A DNA stretch of 32,000 nucleotides from NCBI GenBank assembly GCA_022646745.1, contig CP060262.1:2820001-2852000 (forward strand). The letters run 5' to 3'. Both the position numbers and the translations under genes were made by a program. Every line of letters starts with the position of its first letter. Positions within the stretch are counted from its first letter, which is position 1. The notes under the pieces are model-generated. The model did no database searches. It was not told where the DNA came from and saw only the letters and a list, made by a program, of their open reading frames with translations. Source of the stretch: Planctomycetales bacterium (GTDB lineage: Bacteria; 4484-113; JAFGCY01). Shown piece after piece: positions 22,517-29,742 of this stretch.

Positions 22517-24669
22517 TGCATGCCCGCCTGCTGAGATTGCTGCTCACAATGATGCTCTGCCTGGCCTGTGCCACGGGCGTGCATGCGCAATCCAGCGGTT
22601 CCGAGAAGCCGGCTGAAAAGCCCGCCGGTGAGGAGCCGAAGCAGGAGCAGCCTGAAGGCGAGAAGGAAAAACAGGAAGCGGAAGGCAGCGAGAAGGGCAA
22701 GGCAGTCGAGGTCAAGCTGCCGGAGAAGGGCAAGGCCGAAGCCGAAAAGCCCGCTGAAGGTACCGCCAGCGAGCGCGACAAGGCCCAGGGTGGCACGCCG
22801 CCGGCCAACAGCGCAGATGACACGACAACGGGTGATACGGCAGCCAGGCCCGCTCCGGCGGATGGGACAGTCGTGCGCTCCGGTGACAGCACGGTCAAGC
22901 CAGTGGATGAGGCCACGAAGCCGCTGGCCCGTCCCGAGGACCAGAGCAGCGGATTGCTGAGCTCGCCGACCGAGCAGCAGGGAGGCCAGCCCGCCGGCAC
23001 TGGCAGCACCAATGTGGCGGAGGGTGGCACTGCCGATGATGGCAACATGCGTGAGCTGGCAGGTGTCGAGACCCTGGACCAGCGCATGCAGCAGATGGGA
23101 CCGGAACAGTCCCCGCGCGATGGTATGGGTGGCGATGCTGAGGTCCGCCCTGCTGAGACTCCCGGCTTCATTGCTGATGAGGAAGGCACGGTTCCGGATG
23201 ACATGAAGGAACTGGATGACCTGTTCGACCTCTCTGAGTTCGGGATTGACAACTCCGGCCTGAACATGGACATGACACCGGAGCAGTTCCTCGAACGCTA
23301 TGAGAAGGACCTCGAGTTCGAGTCGCTGATCCCCGGCACGAAGCTCCCGGAAGGCGATGTGCCTGACATCATCAGCCGCCAGCAGGCTAGGCCCGGCATC
23401 GGCCTGATGGACAACTACGCCTGGCTGAGTGTGCCGACAGGAACCGTCAGGGGCAGCACCGAAACAAAGCAGTTCCAGATGACTGGCGGCGTGATCATCT
23501 ACTTTGACGAGATCACGATCAGTGGTGAAAGTGCAGACATCGACGAGAAGAATGAGATTGCCGTGCTGAAGGGCGATGTCAACATCATCGATCCCAAGTA
23601 CACGCTCAAGACCGACGAGCTGCGTATCCTTTTCAACGAAAAGAAATTCCAGGCCAACGGCTTCGTCAGCTTCAAGAAGCTGGCTGACAGCGGCAAGACC
23701 GAGCCTGACATGTCACTGGCCCCGAAGGACCGCCTGCGGGAGTACTTCGCCGCCCGCGAGTTTGAGCTGAGCTGCGGCAAGCTGTTCTACAACTGGGACA
23801 CGCGCGAGATGATTGCCATTGAGAACGTGCGCATGGGTCACCCGGTGTTCCGCGGCACGATGTACCGCATTGACTACAACGACACGGACAAGGAATACCT
23901 GATGAGCGGCGGTATCAAGCTCGAGGTTGACAAGTACGACTGGATCTTCGACAACGAGCTGGCGGCCCCCGAGGATGAGAAGAAGCTGCGTGCCCTGACG
24001 GACGGCAAGACCACCATCACCTGCGACCGGCTGGCCTATGACGAGGCCAGCGGCGTGGCGCGCTTCTTCAGCAGCCCCGGCAAGCAGGTCAACTTCGACC
24101 AGCCCAAGCGCGGAGTGAAGGCTGCCTACATCGAGATCAATGACGACACGAAGGACTTCTATGCCGAGGGCAGCATCGGGCAGAACGTGAAGTACAACCA
24201 GACGGAAGGTGAGTGGCTGTTCGCCGGCGGGCTGATTGAAAAGGAGGAGGTCAGTGACGACCTCGCCGAGACGATGCAGCAGGCGATGGAGGCCGAGTCC
24301 CTCACGCTGGAATACAACTTCGAGCGCAAGCGCATTGAGATGCACGGCGGGGTTAAGGTGACGAGCGGCGAGAAGCTGCTGCAGGCCGGGGAGCTAATCC
24401 AGGACGAGACCGCCAAGTTCTTCCTTTTGCGTGACAACGTGCTCGTCAAGCCGGACCCGGACAGCAGCGTGTATGCCGCCCAGGTCTACGTTGACACTGC
24501 CAATGACGTATTCACATTCGTAGGACTCGTTCAGGGCAGCTTCGTCAGTGACGATCTCGCCCAGGCAACCGGCGAGACCACGCAGGGGGCCGGTGATACA
24601 GGGATCAATCCTGCATCCGGGGCCTTCGGCACCAGCGGCAGCCCCAACGTGGTTGAGGGTAACCGCTAG
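22516..24669 (+). CDS. secreted protein with a ~250-aa acidic disordered region followed by repeated LptA/OstA-like modules
   Basis: Signal peptide MHARLLRLLLTMMLCLACATGVHA. Low-complexity E/K/P/A/G region. Then OstA-like blocks (TISGESADIDEKNEIAVLKGDVNIIDPKYTLKTDELRI, TITCDRLAYDEASGVARFF, LQAGELIQDETAKFFLLRDNVLVKPD). TGATG overlap with the preceding gene. Confidence 0.55.
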   Translation: MHARLLRLLLTMMLCLACATGVHAQSSGSEKPAEKPAGEEPKQEQPEGEKEKQEAEGSEKGKAVEVKLPEKGKAEAEKPAEGTASERDKAQGGTPPANSADDTTTGDTAARPAPADGTVVRSGDSTVKPVDEATKPLARPEDQSSGLLSSPTEQQGGQPAGTGSTNVAEGGTADDGNMRELAGVETLDQRMQQMGPEQSPRDGMGGDAEVRPAETPGFIADEEGTVPDDMKELDDLFDLSEFGIDNSGLNMDMTPEQFLERYEKDLEFESLIPGTKLPEGDVPDIISRQQARPGIGLMDNYAWLSVPTGTVRGSTETKQFQMTGGVIIYFDEITISGESADIDEKNEIAVLKGDVNIIDPKYTLKTDELRILFNEKKFQANGFVSFKKLADSGKTEPDMSLAPKDRLREYFAAREFELSCGKLFYNWDTREMIAIENVRMGHPVFRGTMYRIDYNDTDKEYLMSGGIKLEVDKYDWIFDNELAAPEDEKKLRALTDGKTTITCDRLAYDEASGVARFFSSPGKQVNFDQPKRGVKAAYIEINDDTKDFYAEGSIGQNVKYNQTEGEWLFAGGLIEKEEVSDDLAETMQQAMEAESLTLEYNFERKRIEMHGGVKVTSGEKLLQAGELIQDETAKFFLLRDNVLVKPDPDSSVYAAQVYVDTANDVFTFVGLVQGSFVSDDLAQATGETTQGAGDTGINPASGAFGTSGSPNVVEGNR

Positions 24670-24682
24670 TACGCGGCAGGCC

Positions 24683-24691
24683 TGATACAAT
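24683..24691 (+). promoter_or_regulatory. extended -10 promoter TGaTACAAT, 6 nt upstream of the GTG start at 24698 (candidate leaderless promoter)
   Basis: TGATACAAT at 24683-24691, spacer cttcgc, GTG at 24698. The whole intergenic gap is 28 nt. Confidence 0.45.
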
Positions 24692-24697
24692 CTTCGC

Positions 24698-25690
24698 GTG
24701 GACGAACAGACCCAGATCCGGCAGGCCCTTGGGGCATTCCCGCAGGCGCGCATCGGCGTGCTTGGCGACCTGATGGCCGACCGCTTCATCTACGGCAAGG
24801 CAAGCCGCATCAGCCCTGAGGCCCCGGTGCCGGTGGTGCACATCACGCACCGCACGACCCAGCCCGGTGGCGCGGCCAATGTTGGCAACAACGTGCTGAG
24901 CATGGGCGGCACATTGTCCCTGTTCGGCGTGCTCGGCGACGATGAGGCCGGCGGCGAGATCCGCGGCCTGCTGGAGGAGCGCGGAGCCAGGATGGATGGC
25001 GTTGTCAGCGTCGGCGGCCGGCCCAGTACGGTCAAGACCCGCGTGGTGGCGCAGAACCAGCAGGTGGTGCGCTACGACGAGGAGACCACCGCAGACATTG
25101 ACCAGCCGACGCGGGACTGCCTGCTGGCCAGTGTGCGGCATGCCCTGCCGCAGCTGGATATCCTGCTGCTCAGTGACTACGCCAAGGGTGTGCTGACCGA
25201 GGAGCTGGCCGCCAGCCTGATGGCAGCCGCTCATGAGGCCGGAGTTCCGGTAGTGGTGGACCCCAAGCCTGGCAACATCACGCGCTACCAGGGCGCGGAC
25301 CTCGTCAAGCCCAACCTGTCTGAGGCGATGGCCCTGTTCGGGCATGATGCCGCCGGCAACCTGCGCGACATGGAAAGCGTCTGCCGGCATGTGCAGGAAA
25401 TGGCCGGTTGCCGCCAGGTGATCGTCACCGCGGGGCAGGAAGGGATGCATGTGCTGGACGGGGAGGGCAGCTACCGCCACCTGCCGGGCATGCCGCGTGA
25501 GGTATTCGATGTGGCCGGTGCAGGTGACTCCACCCTTGCTGCGATCGCGATGGCGCTGGCGGGCGGGGCTGACCTGTTCGTGGCTGCGCGCATCGGCAAC
25601 CTGGCGGGCAGCATCGCCGTCGGCCACCTCGGTGTGACGGCCGTGCGCCTTGAGGAAATGATGAAAGAGCTGGAGGAGTTCCTTGGCTGA
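24698..25690 (+). CDS. hldA: D-glycero-beta-D-manno-heptose-7-phosphate kinase (RfaE domain I, PfkB family)
   Basis: PfkB motifs GGAANVGNNVLSMGG and DVAGAGDS. RVVAQNQQVVRYDEE block typical of RfaE kinase. The adenylyltransferase gene follows. Confidence 0.85.
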   Translation: MDEQTQIRQALGAFPQARIGVLGDLMADRFIYGKASRISPEAPVPVVHITHRTTQPGGAANVGNNVLSMGGTLSLFGVLGDDEAGGEIRGLLEERGARMDGVVSVGGRPSTVKTRVVAQNQQVVRYDEETTADIDQPTRDCLLASVRHALPQLDILLLSDYAKGVLTEELAASLMAAAHEAGVPVVVDPKPGNITRYQGADLVKPNLSEAMALFGHDAAGNLRDMESVCRHVQEMAGCRQVIVTAGQEGMHVLDGEGSYRHLPGMPREVFDVAGAGDSTLAAIAMALAGGADLFVAARIGNLAGSIAVGHLGVTAVRLEEMMKELEEFLG

Positions 25691-26150
25691 ACTGGACCAG
25701 TTGCTGATGGCTCAGATTGATGACTGGCGTGCACGCGGCCTGAGCATTGTGTTCACCAACGGTGTGTTCGACCTGCTGCATCCGGGGCATATTGAGCAGC
25801 TGCGCCAGGCCCGATCCTTCGGTGACGTGCTGATCGTCGGCATCAACACCGATGAAAGCGTGCGCCGCCTGGGAAAGGGAGAAGTCGAACGGCCGATCCT
25901 CCCGCTGGAGGACCGCATCACCATGCTTGAAGCCCTGCGCATGGTGGATGCCGTGGCACCTTTTGCGGAGGACACGCCCTACGAACTGCTGCAGCTGATC
26001 CTGCCTGATGTGCTGGTGAAGGGCGCGGATTACCGCGTGGAGGATGTGGTCGGGCGCGACATCGTGGAAGCCCGCGGGGGAAGGGTGGAGCTCGTGCCCC
26101 TTGTGCCCGGGCACAGCACGAGCGATATCATCCGCCGCATCCGGAAATAG
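25683..26150 (+). CDS. hldC: D-glycero-beta-D-manno-heptose-1-phosphate adenylyltransferase (RfaE domain II, cytidylyltransferase family)
   Basis: VFTNGVFDLLHPGHIEQL (HxGH nucleotidyltransferase motif) and GADYRVEDVVGRDIVEARGGRVELV. TTG start overlaps hldA by 8 nt. Alternative ATG at 25707. Confidence 0.85.
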   Translation: MAELDQLLMAQIDDWRARGLSIVFTNGVFDLLHPGHIEQLRQARSFGDVLIVGINTDESVRRLGKGEVERPILPLEDRITMLEALRMVDAVAPFAEDTPYELLQLILPDVLVKGADYRVEDVVGRDIVEARGGRVELVPLVPGHSTSDIIRRIRK

Positions 26151-26159
26151 GAGCAAGCC

Positions 26160-26957
26160 ATGAAGCAGCTGCTGAGGAGGTTCGTCCAGCTGCTGCTTCC
26201 CGCCCGCTGCAGCGCCTGCCAGCGCACCGGCCCGGATGCGATCTGCGAACAGTGCAGCCGAGAGCTTGAGCTGGTGATCCCGCGCTACTGCATGAAATGC
26301 GGCCGGCGGCGCAGCACCGAGTACAGCAGCCCGGACTGCGCAGAATGCCACGGCCTGGACATTGGCGTGGCGCGTAGCCGCAGCGGCTACATATACAACG
26401 AACTGGGCCGTACCCTGCTGGCGGACTTCAAGTTCAACGGCAACCTGGCGGTTGGCCAGGAACTGGCGGAGCGCGTACTGGCACGGATCCCGACACGAGC
26501 GCCACGCCTGTTCGATGAGCCGGGCCTGGTGCTGGATGCGATCCTGCCGGTGCCGCTGCACCCGCGCCGCCGCCGGGAGCGCCGCTTCAACCAGAGCGAA
26601 TTGCTGTCCCGCATGCTGGCGGACCACATGCGCCTGCCGATGCGCACTGACCTGCTGGTGCGTTCCCGCGAGACCGAGACCCAGGTCGGCCTGACCCAGG
26701 CCCAACGCCGCAGCAATGTCAGCGGGGCGTTCGATGTCAGCCCGCGCTGGCAGCGTCGGCTGACCGGTCAACGCTTCATCGTGGTGGATGACCTGATGAC
26801 CACCGGCAGCACGCTGGCGGCCTGTGCCCGAGCTCTCCGGCGCCGAGGGGCGGATGCGGTCTACGGCCTGACCCTGTTCAGCACCAACCCGCTGGTGCAT
26901 CCGGCGGACCGGCTGGCGGAAGATGACTTCCACAACGTGCCGCCGCCGCTTATATAA
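26160..26957 (+). CDS. comF: ComF-family protein (phosphoribosyltransferase domain with N-terminal Cys-rich zinc finger)
   Basis: CSACQ...CEQC and CMKCG...CAEC cysteine pairs. PRTase motif FIVVDDLMTTGSTLAACARAL. AGGAG Shine-Dalgarno 6 nt before the ATG. Confidence 0.85.
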   Translation: MKQLLRRFVQLLLPARCSACQRTGPDAICEQCSRELELVIPRYCMKCGRRRSTEYSSPDCAECHGLDIGVARSRSGYIYNELGRTLLADFKFNGNLAVGQELAERVLARIPTRAPRLFDEPGLVLDAILPVPLHPRRRRERRFNQSELLSRMLADHMRLPMRTDLLVRSRETETQVGLTQAQRRSNVSGAFDVSPRWQRRLTGQRFIVVDDLMTTGSTLAACARALRRRGADAVYGLTLFSTNPLVHPADRLAEDDFHNVPPPLI

Positions 26958-26958
26958 T
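26953..26958 (+). promoter_or_regulatory. -10 box TATAAT overlapping the comF stop codon, 6 nt upstream of the ATG at 26965 (candidate leaderless promoter)
   Basis: TATAAT at 26953-26958 (comF TAA is 26955-26957), spacer caggcc, ATG at 26965. Confidence 0.4.
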
Positions 26959-26964
26959 CAGGCC

Positions 26965-27294
26965 ATGCGTTACATCCTGCTCACTGCGCTTCTGTCCGTC
27001 CTGCTGCTGCAGGTTTCCTGCGACCTGCTGCAGGCCTCGAACATAGAGAAGGCCGTGGTGAAGGCCCTGCATGATGATTCGCGCACCGGCGAATTTGACT
27101 TCGAGGTTAGCTATGAGGGGGAAGGGAAGGTGCTGGTTACCGGAGAAGTTGACAATGAGGGGCAGATCGAGGCGGCCAAGGAGGTTGCTGGCGGGGTGGA
27201 GGGTGTGACAAGCGTGAGTGTGAACATCAGCATCGCTGACAACTCATCAAGTGGACTGATGCAGGATGGTGCGCTGAACTCGCCGTTCTTCTAG
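26965..27294 (+). CDS. BON-domain protein, secreted or lipoprotein
   Basis: MRYILLTALLSVLLLQVSC signal/lipobox-like N-terminus. BON-type block VLVTGEVDNEGQIEAAKEVAGGVEGVTSVSVNI. The ORF-track start at 26923 overlaps comF. Confidence 0.7.
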   Translation: MRYILLTALLSVLLLQVSCDLLQASNIEKAVVKALHDDSRTGEFDFEVSYEGEGKVLVTGEVDNEGQIEAAKEVAGGVEGVTSVSVNISIADNSSSGLMQDGALNSPFF

Positions 27295-27297
27295 GAC

Positions 27298-27570
27298 TCA
27301 GCGGATGTAGTGGTGCAGGTTCGTGAAGATGCCTGATGCGAAGCTGCTGATTTTCTCATTCATCATGGGCCCGAAGTAGATCAGTGCCAGACCTGTGATC
27401 ACGATCTTCGGCACGAAGCTCAGGGTCTGTTCCTGAATGCTGGTGACTGCCTGGAAGATGCTCACGAGGAAGCCGACGGCGAGTGATATCAGTAGCACAG
27501 GCAGGGCGAGCATGTAAACGGAGTAGATCGCCTGGGACGCAACATCAAGGTAGAATCCGCTCTCAGTCAT
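27298..27570 (-). CDS. fliQ: FliQ/SctS-family type III export-gate protein, encoded alone
   Basis: The 90-aa protein aligns by eye along its full length with E. coli FliQ (QEQTLSFVPKIV vs NEMTLSFIPKII; IFTNLHHYIR vs LFTNLPYIIG). Two-TM-helix layout. Confidence 0.85.
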   Translation of the reverse strand: MTESGFYLDVASQAIYSVYMLALPVLLISLAVGFLVSIFQAVTSIQEQTLSFVPKIVITGLALIYFGPMMNEKISSFASGIFTNLHHYIR

Positions 27571-27577
27571 ATCCAGT

Positions 27578-27583
27578 ATTGTA
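27578..27583 (-). promoter_or_regulatory. -10 box TACAAT, 7 nt upstream of the fliQ ATG (candidate leaderless promoter)
   Basis: The minus strand reads ctcacTACAATactggatATG. No Shine-Dalgarno. Confidence 0.4.
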
Positions 27584-27669
27584 GTGAGATGCGGTTAAGC
27601 CAGGGTGTAGAGCTACGCAAATCCGGTTGAAATAAGGCGCACAGTCAGAAAATACAGCCTTCACATATA

Positions 27670-27698
27670 TTGCAAATTGCCTGTGCAGTTGGTATAAA
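27670..27698 (+). promoter_or_regulatory. sigma70-type promoter for tRNA-Leu: TTGCAA-N17-(TGg)TATAAA
   Basis: -35 TTGCAA at 27670-27675, 17-nt spacer ending in TGg, -10 TATAAA at 27693-27698. The mature tRNA 5' end lies 13 nt downstream. Confidence 0.55.
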
Positions 27699-27711
27699 TA
27701 CTGCCCTGCCT

Positions 27712-27794
27712 GCGGAAGTGGTGGAATGGCAGACACGCTAGGTTCAGGACCTAGTGAGCGCAAGCTCGTGGGGGTTCGAATCCCCCCTTCCGCA
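27712..27794 (+). tRNA. tRNA-Leu (anticodon CAG), type II with long variable arm
   Basis: Hand-folded cloverleaf: acceptor GCGGAAG/CTTCCGC, anticodon stem CTAGG/CCTAG with loop TTCAGGA, variable arm GAGC-gcaa-GCTC, T arm GGGGG-TTCGAAT-CCCCC, discriminator A. CCA is not encoded. Confidence 0.9.
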
Positions 27795-27874
27795 GATTCC
27801 TTGTATTCCCCTCCTGGAACCGTAACACTGCCAGACTATTTCATGAGCTTTTCAATGCTGTAAATTGATACGGC

Positions 27875-29578
27875 ATGTCCAGTCTGGGGTTCCAATCCGT
27901 TACAAAGTTTTTCCGGATCCATCTACTAGCTTGCCTGTTGCTGGTGCTCCCAGCCGGTTGCAGCAAGGGAAAGCCTGCTTCCCCTCCAGATCCGGCGGTA
28001 CTGCTGGCAACCTTGCGTGAGTCCGGCCTGGAAGGTGACGGAGAGGTAATCGAACGGATCGCCGCACGCATGATTGACCGCGACCTGCAGGCGATTTCCT
28101 TCCACAAGCTGCGGGAGGAAGAGTGGACTGGCATTTTCAGAGAGTTGCGCGAGTTGGAGGAAACTCAGCCCTCAACTATGGGAAGTTACCTGCTGGCGCT
28201 GGCCTGCTGGCAGCGCTCGCTGGACGGAAATGATGAGGATGGCCAGGAGGCTGCCAGTATTGCCAATCGCCTGGCTGAGGAACTGCCGGACTGTGCTCCA
28301 CTGTGCCAGCTGCGTGCGTCCATTGCATATCAGCGGAACGATGACCATGTGCAGGCGGAGCAGCTGGCCCTGCGAGCCGGACAGCTGGATCCTGACAATC
28401 CAGGCCCGATGGTTTTCCTCGCTGGCATGTACATCGATCAGGACAGGTCTCGCAAGGCACGCAGCTATGCCCTGTCGGCGCTGGAGATAGACCCTGACAA
28501 TGCTGAGGCATGCAGCCTGATGTCACGGATCTGCTATGACGAATCCGAATATGAGGAAGCGCTTGACTGGGCCAGGCGTGCCATCCGCCTCGATGACCGC
28601 CTGTCCGGTGCACATGTCAACCTGGGGCGCGTGCATGATTACTGGGAACAGGATGACCTGGCGGAAAGCGAGTACCTGCGCGCGATCGAGATCAATCCCC
28701 GCAACAGTGTGGCCTATAACAACCTGGCGCTGATGTACAAGTGGATGGATCGGTTTGACGACAGTCGGCGCTGCTATGAGAAGGCGATTGAGCTAGGGCC
28801 TAGACGGCCTGTGCCGCATTCGAATATGAGCTATCTGCTGCATGATCTCAAGGAGTTTGATGCGGCCCGCGAGCAGATGCTGACTGCATTGGAGCTTCGC
28901 GATGACCCGGATGACCGCGCATTCCTGAATTCGCTGTATGTGCTGTTCAGCGAGATGGAGCTGAATCACGGTGCTTCAACAAAGGAAAAACCAGCTGACC
29001 CAACCGGTCCCTATCATGTGATGCAGCTCATTCGCACCGACCGGTATGACGATCTCTCAGATGATGCTGAGTCGCGACTTCTTGAGCGGATTGAGGCAAA
29101 GCCAGGGGATCCTTATCCGCACCATTGCCTCGCTAGGTTATATGCATGGCAGGGAAGGCGGGCTGATGCCGAACGGGAATTCAGCCTGTCACTTGAAATG
29201 GACGAGATGTTTGCCCCGGCCTATGACGACCTTGGACGGATGTACATGCAGCAGGGCGTGGATGGGAAGGCAATCGACATGATCAACCACGCGCTGTCTT
29301 TCCATCATGACAACACTGAACTGCGCATGCTGTTGGCTGAATTGCACGAACGAACTGGTGATCTCCAGAATGCACTGCAGCAGTACCAGCAGGCAGTACT
29401 GCGTCCCGTGGTGGACGGTGAATTGTACTACCGCTATGCCCGCCTGCTGGAGCGGCTGGACAGGCCGGAGGAAGCGCTTGCTTGCTATGAGCAGTACCTG
29501 GCTTTTGATGAGGACGAACTCCTGGCACATGCCGGTGAGGCGCACAGCGCGCTGGACAGGCTGAACGGTCTGCATTGA
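27875..29578 (+). CDS. tetratricopeptide-repeat (TPR) protein, probable lipoprotein
   Basis: N-terminus HLLACLLLVLPAGC. Many TPR-like 34-aa units (for example AEACSLMSRICYDESEYEEALDWARRAIRLDDR, AESEYLRAIEINPRNSVAYNNLALMYKWMDRFDDSRRCYEKAIELGP). TAAATT lies 8 nt before the ATG. Confidence 0.8.
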   Translation: MSSLGFQSVTKFFRIHLLACLLLVLPAGCSKGKPASPPDPAVLLATLRESGLEGDGEVIERIAARMIDRDLQAISFHKLREEEWTGIFRELRELEETQPSTMGSYLLALACWQRSLDGNDEDGQEAASIANRLAEELPDCAPLCQLRASIAYQRNDDHVQAEQLALRAGQLDPDNPGPMVFLAGMYIDQDRSRKARSYALSALEIDPDNAEACSLMSRICYDESEYEEALDWARRAIRLDDRLSGAHVNLGRVHDYWEQDDLAESEYLRAIEINPRNSVAYNNLALMYKWMDRFDDSRRCYEKAIELGPRRPVPHSNMSYLLHDLKEFDAAREQMLTALELRDDPDDRAFLNSLYVLFSEMELNHGASTKEKPADPTGPYHVMQLIRTDRYDDLSDDAESRLLERIEAKPGDPYPHHCLARLYAWQGRRADAEREFSLSLEMDEMFAPAYDDLGRMYMQQGVDGKAIDMINHALSFHHDNTELRMLLAELHERTGDLQNALQQYQQAVLRPVVDGELYYRYARLLERLDRPEEALACYEQYLAFDEDELLAHAGEAHSALDRLNGLH

Positions 29579-29624
29579 CAGGCAGCTGCACGCACGACCT
29601 GGATCAGCAAGACACTTCAGCCGT

Positions 29625-29630
29625 TATAAT
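29625..29630 (+). promoter_or_regulatory. -10 box TATAAT upstream of tRNA-Arg
   Basis: Perfect TATAAT 10 nt before the tRNA 5' end. No good -35. Confidence 0.4.
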
Positions 29631-29640
29631 TCTTCTCCAC

Positions 29641-29712
29641 GCCCCCGTAGTACAATGGATAGTACGGCCGCCTCCTAAGTGGCAGATCTTGGTTCGATTC
29701 CGAGCGGGGGTG
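29641..29712 (+). tRNA. tRNA-Arg (anticodon CCT)
   Basis: Hand-folded cloverleaf: acceptor GCCCCCG/CGGGGGT (G1-U pair), D arm GTAC-AATGGATA-GTAC, anticodon stem GCCGC/GTGGC with loop CTCCTAA, T arm CTTGG-TTCGATT-CCGAG. CCA is not encoded. Confidence 0.85.
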
Positions 29713-29742
29713 GACCAGCCAACGCGCTGAGGGGATACCCGG

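Noticed and set aside
22287-23273. 328-aa minus-strand ORF, and possible tandem DNA repeats in 22590-23270
   Set aside because: The region encodes the E/K/P/A/G low-complexity linker of the secreted OstA-like protein on the plus strand. The repeats are short and imperfect (EKPAE/EKGKA-type), not a tandem array or CRISPR, and the antisense ORF is Ser/Pro/Ala low-complexity.
24698-26150. Separate hldA and hldC genes instead of a fused hldE, considered as unusual
   Set aside because: Separate kinase and adenylyltransferase genes are a well-known arrangement in many bacteria. The 8-nt overlap is ordinary coupling.
24605-26933. 340-aa and 502-aa minus-strand ORFs (24605-25627, 25425-26933)
   Set aside because: They are antisense to hldA, hldC and comF, all of which have diagnostic motifs on the plus strand. 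The sequences are Arg/Ala/His/Gly/Pro-rich and lack motifs.
27563-27763. 66-aa minus-strand ORF upstream of fliQ
   Set aside because: It overlaps the tRNA-Leu gene and its promoter on the opposite strand and overlaps the fliQ start. No coding signal was seen.
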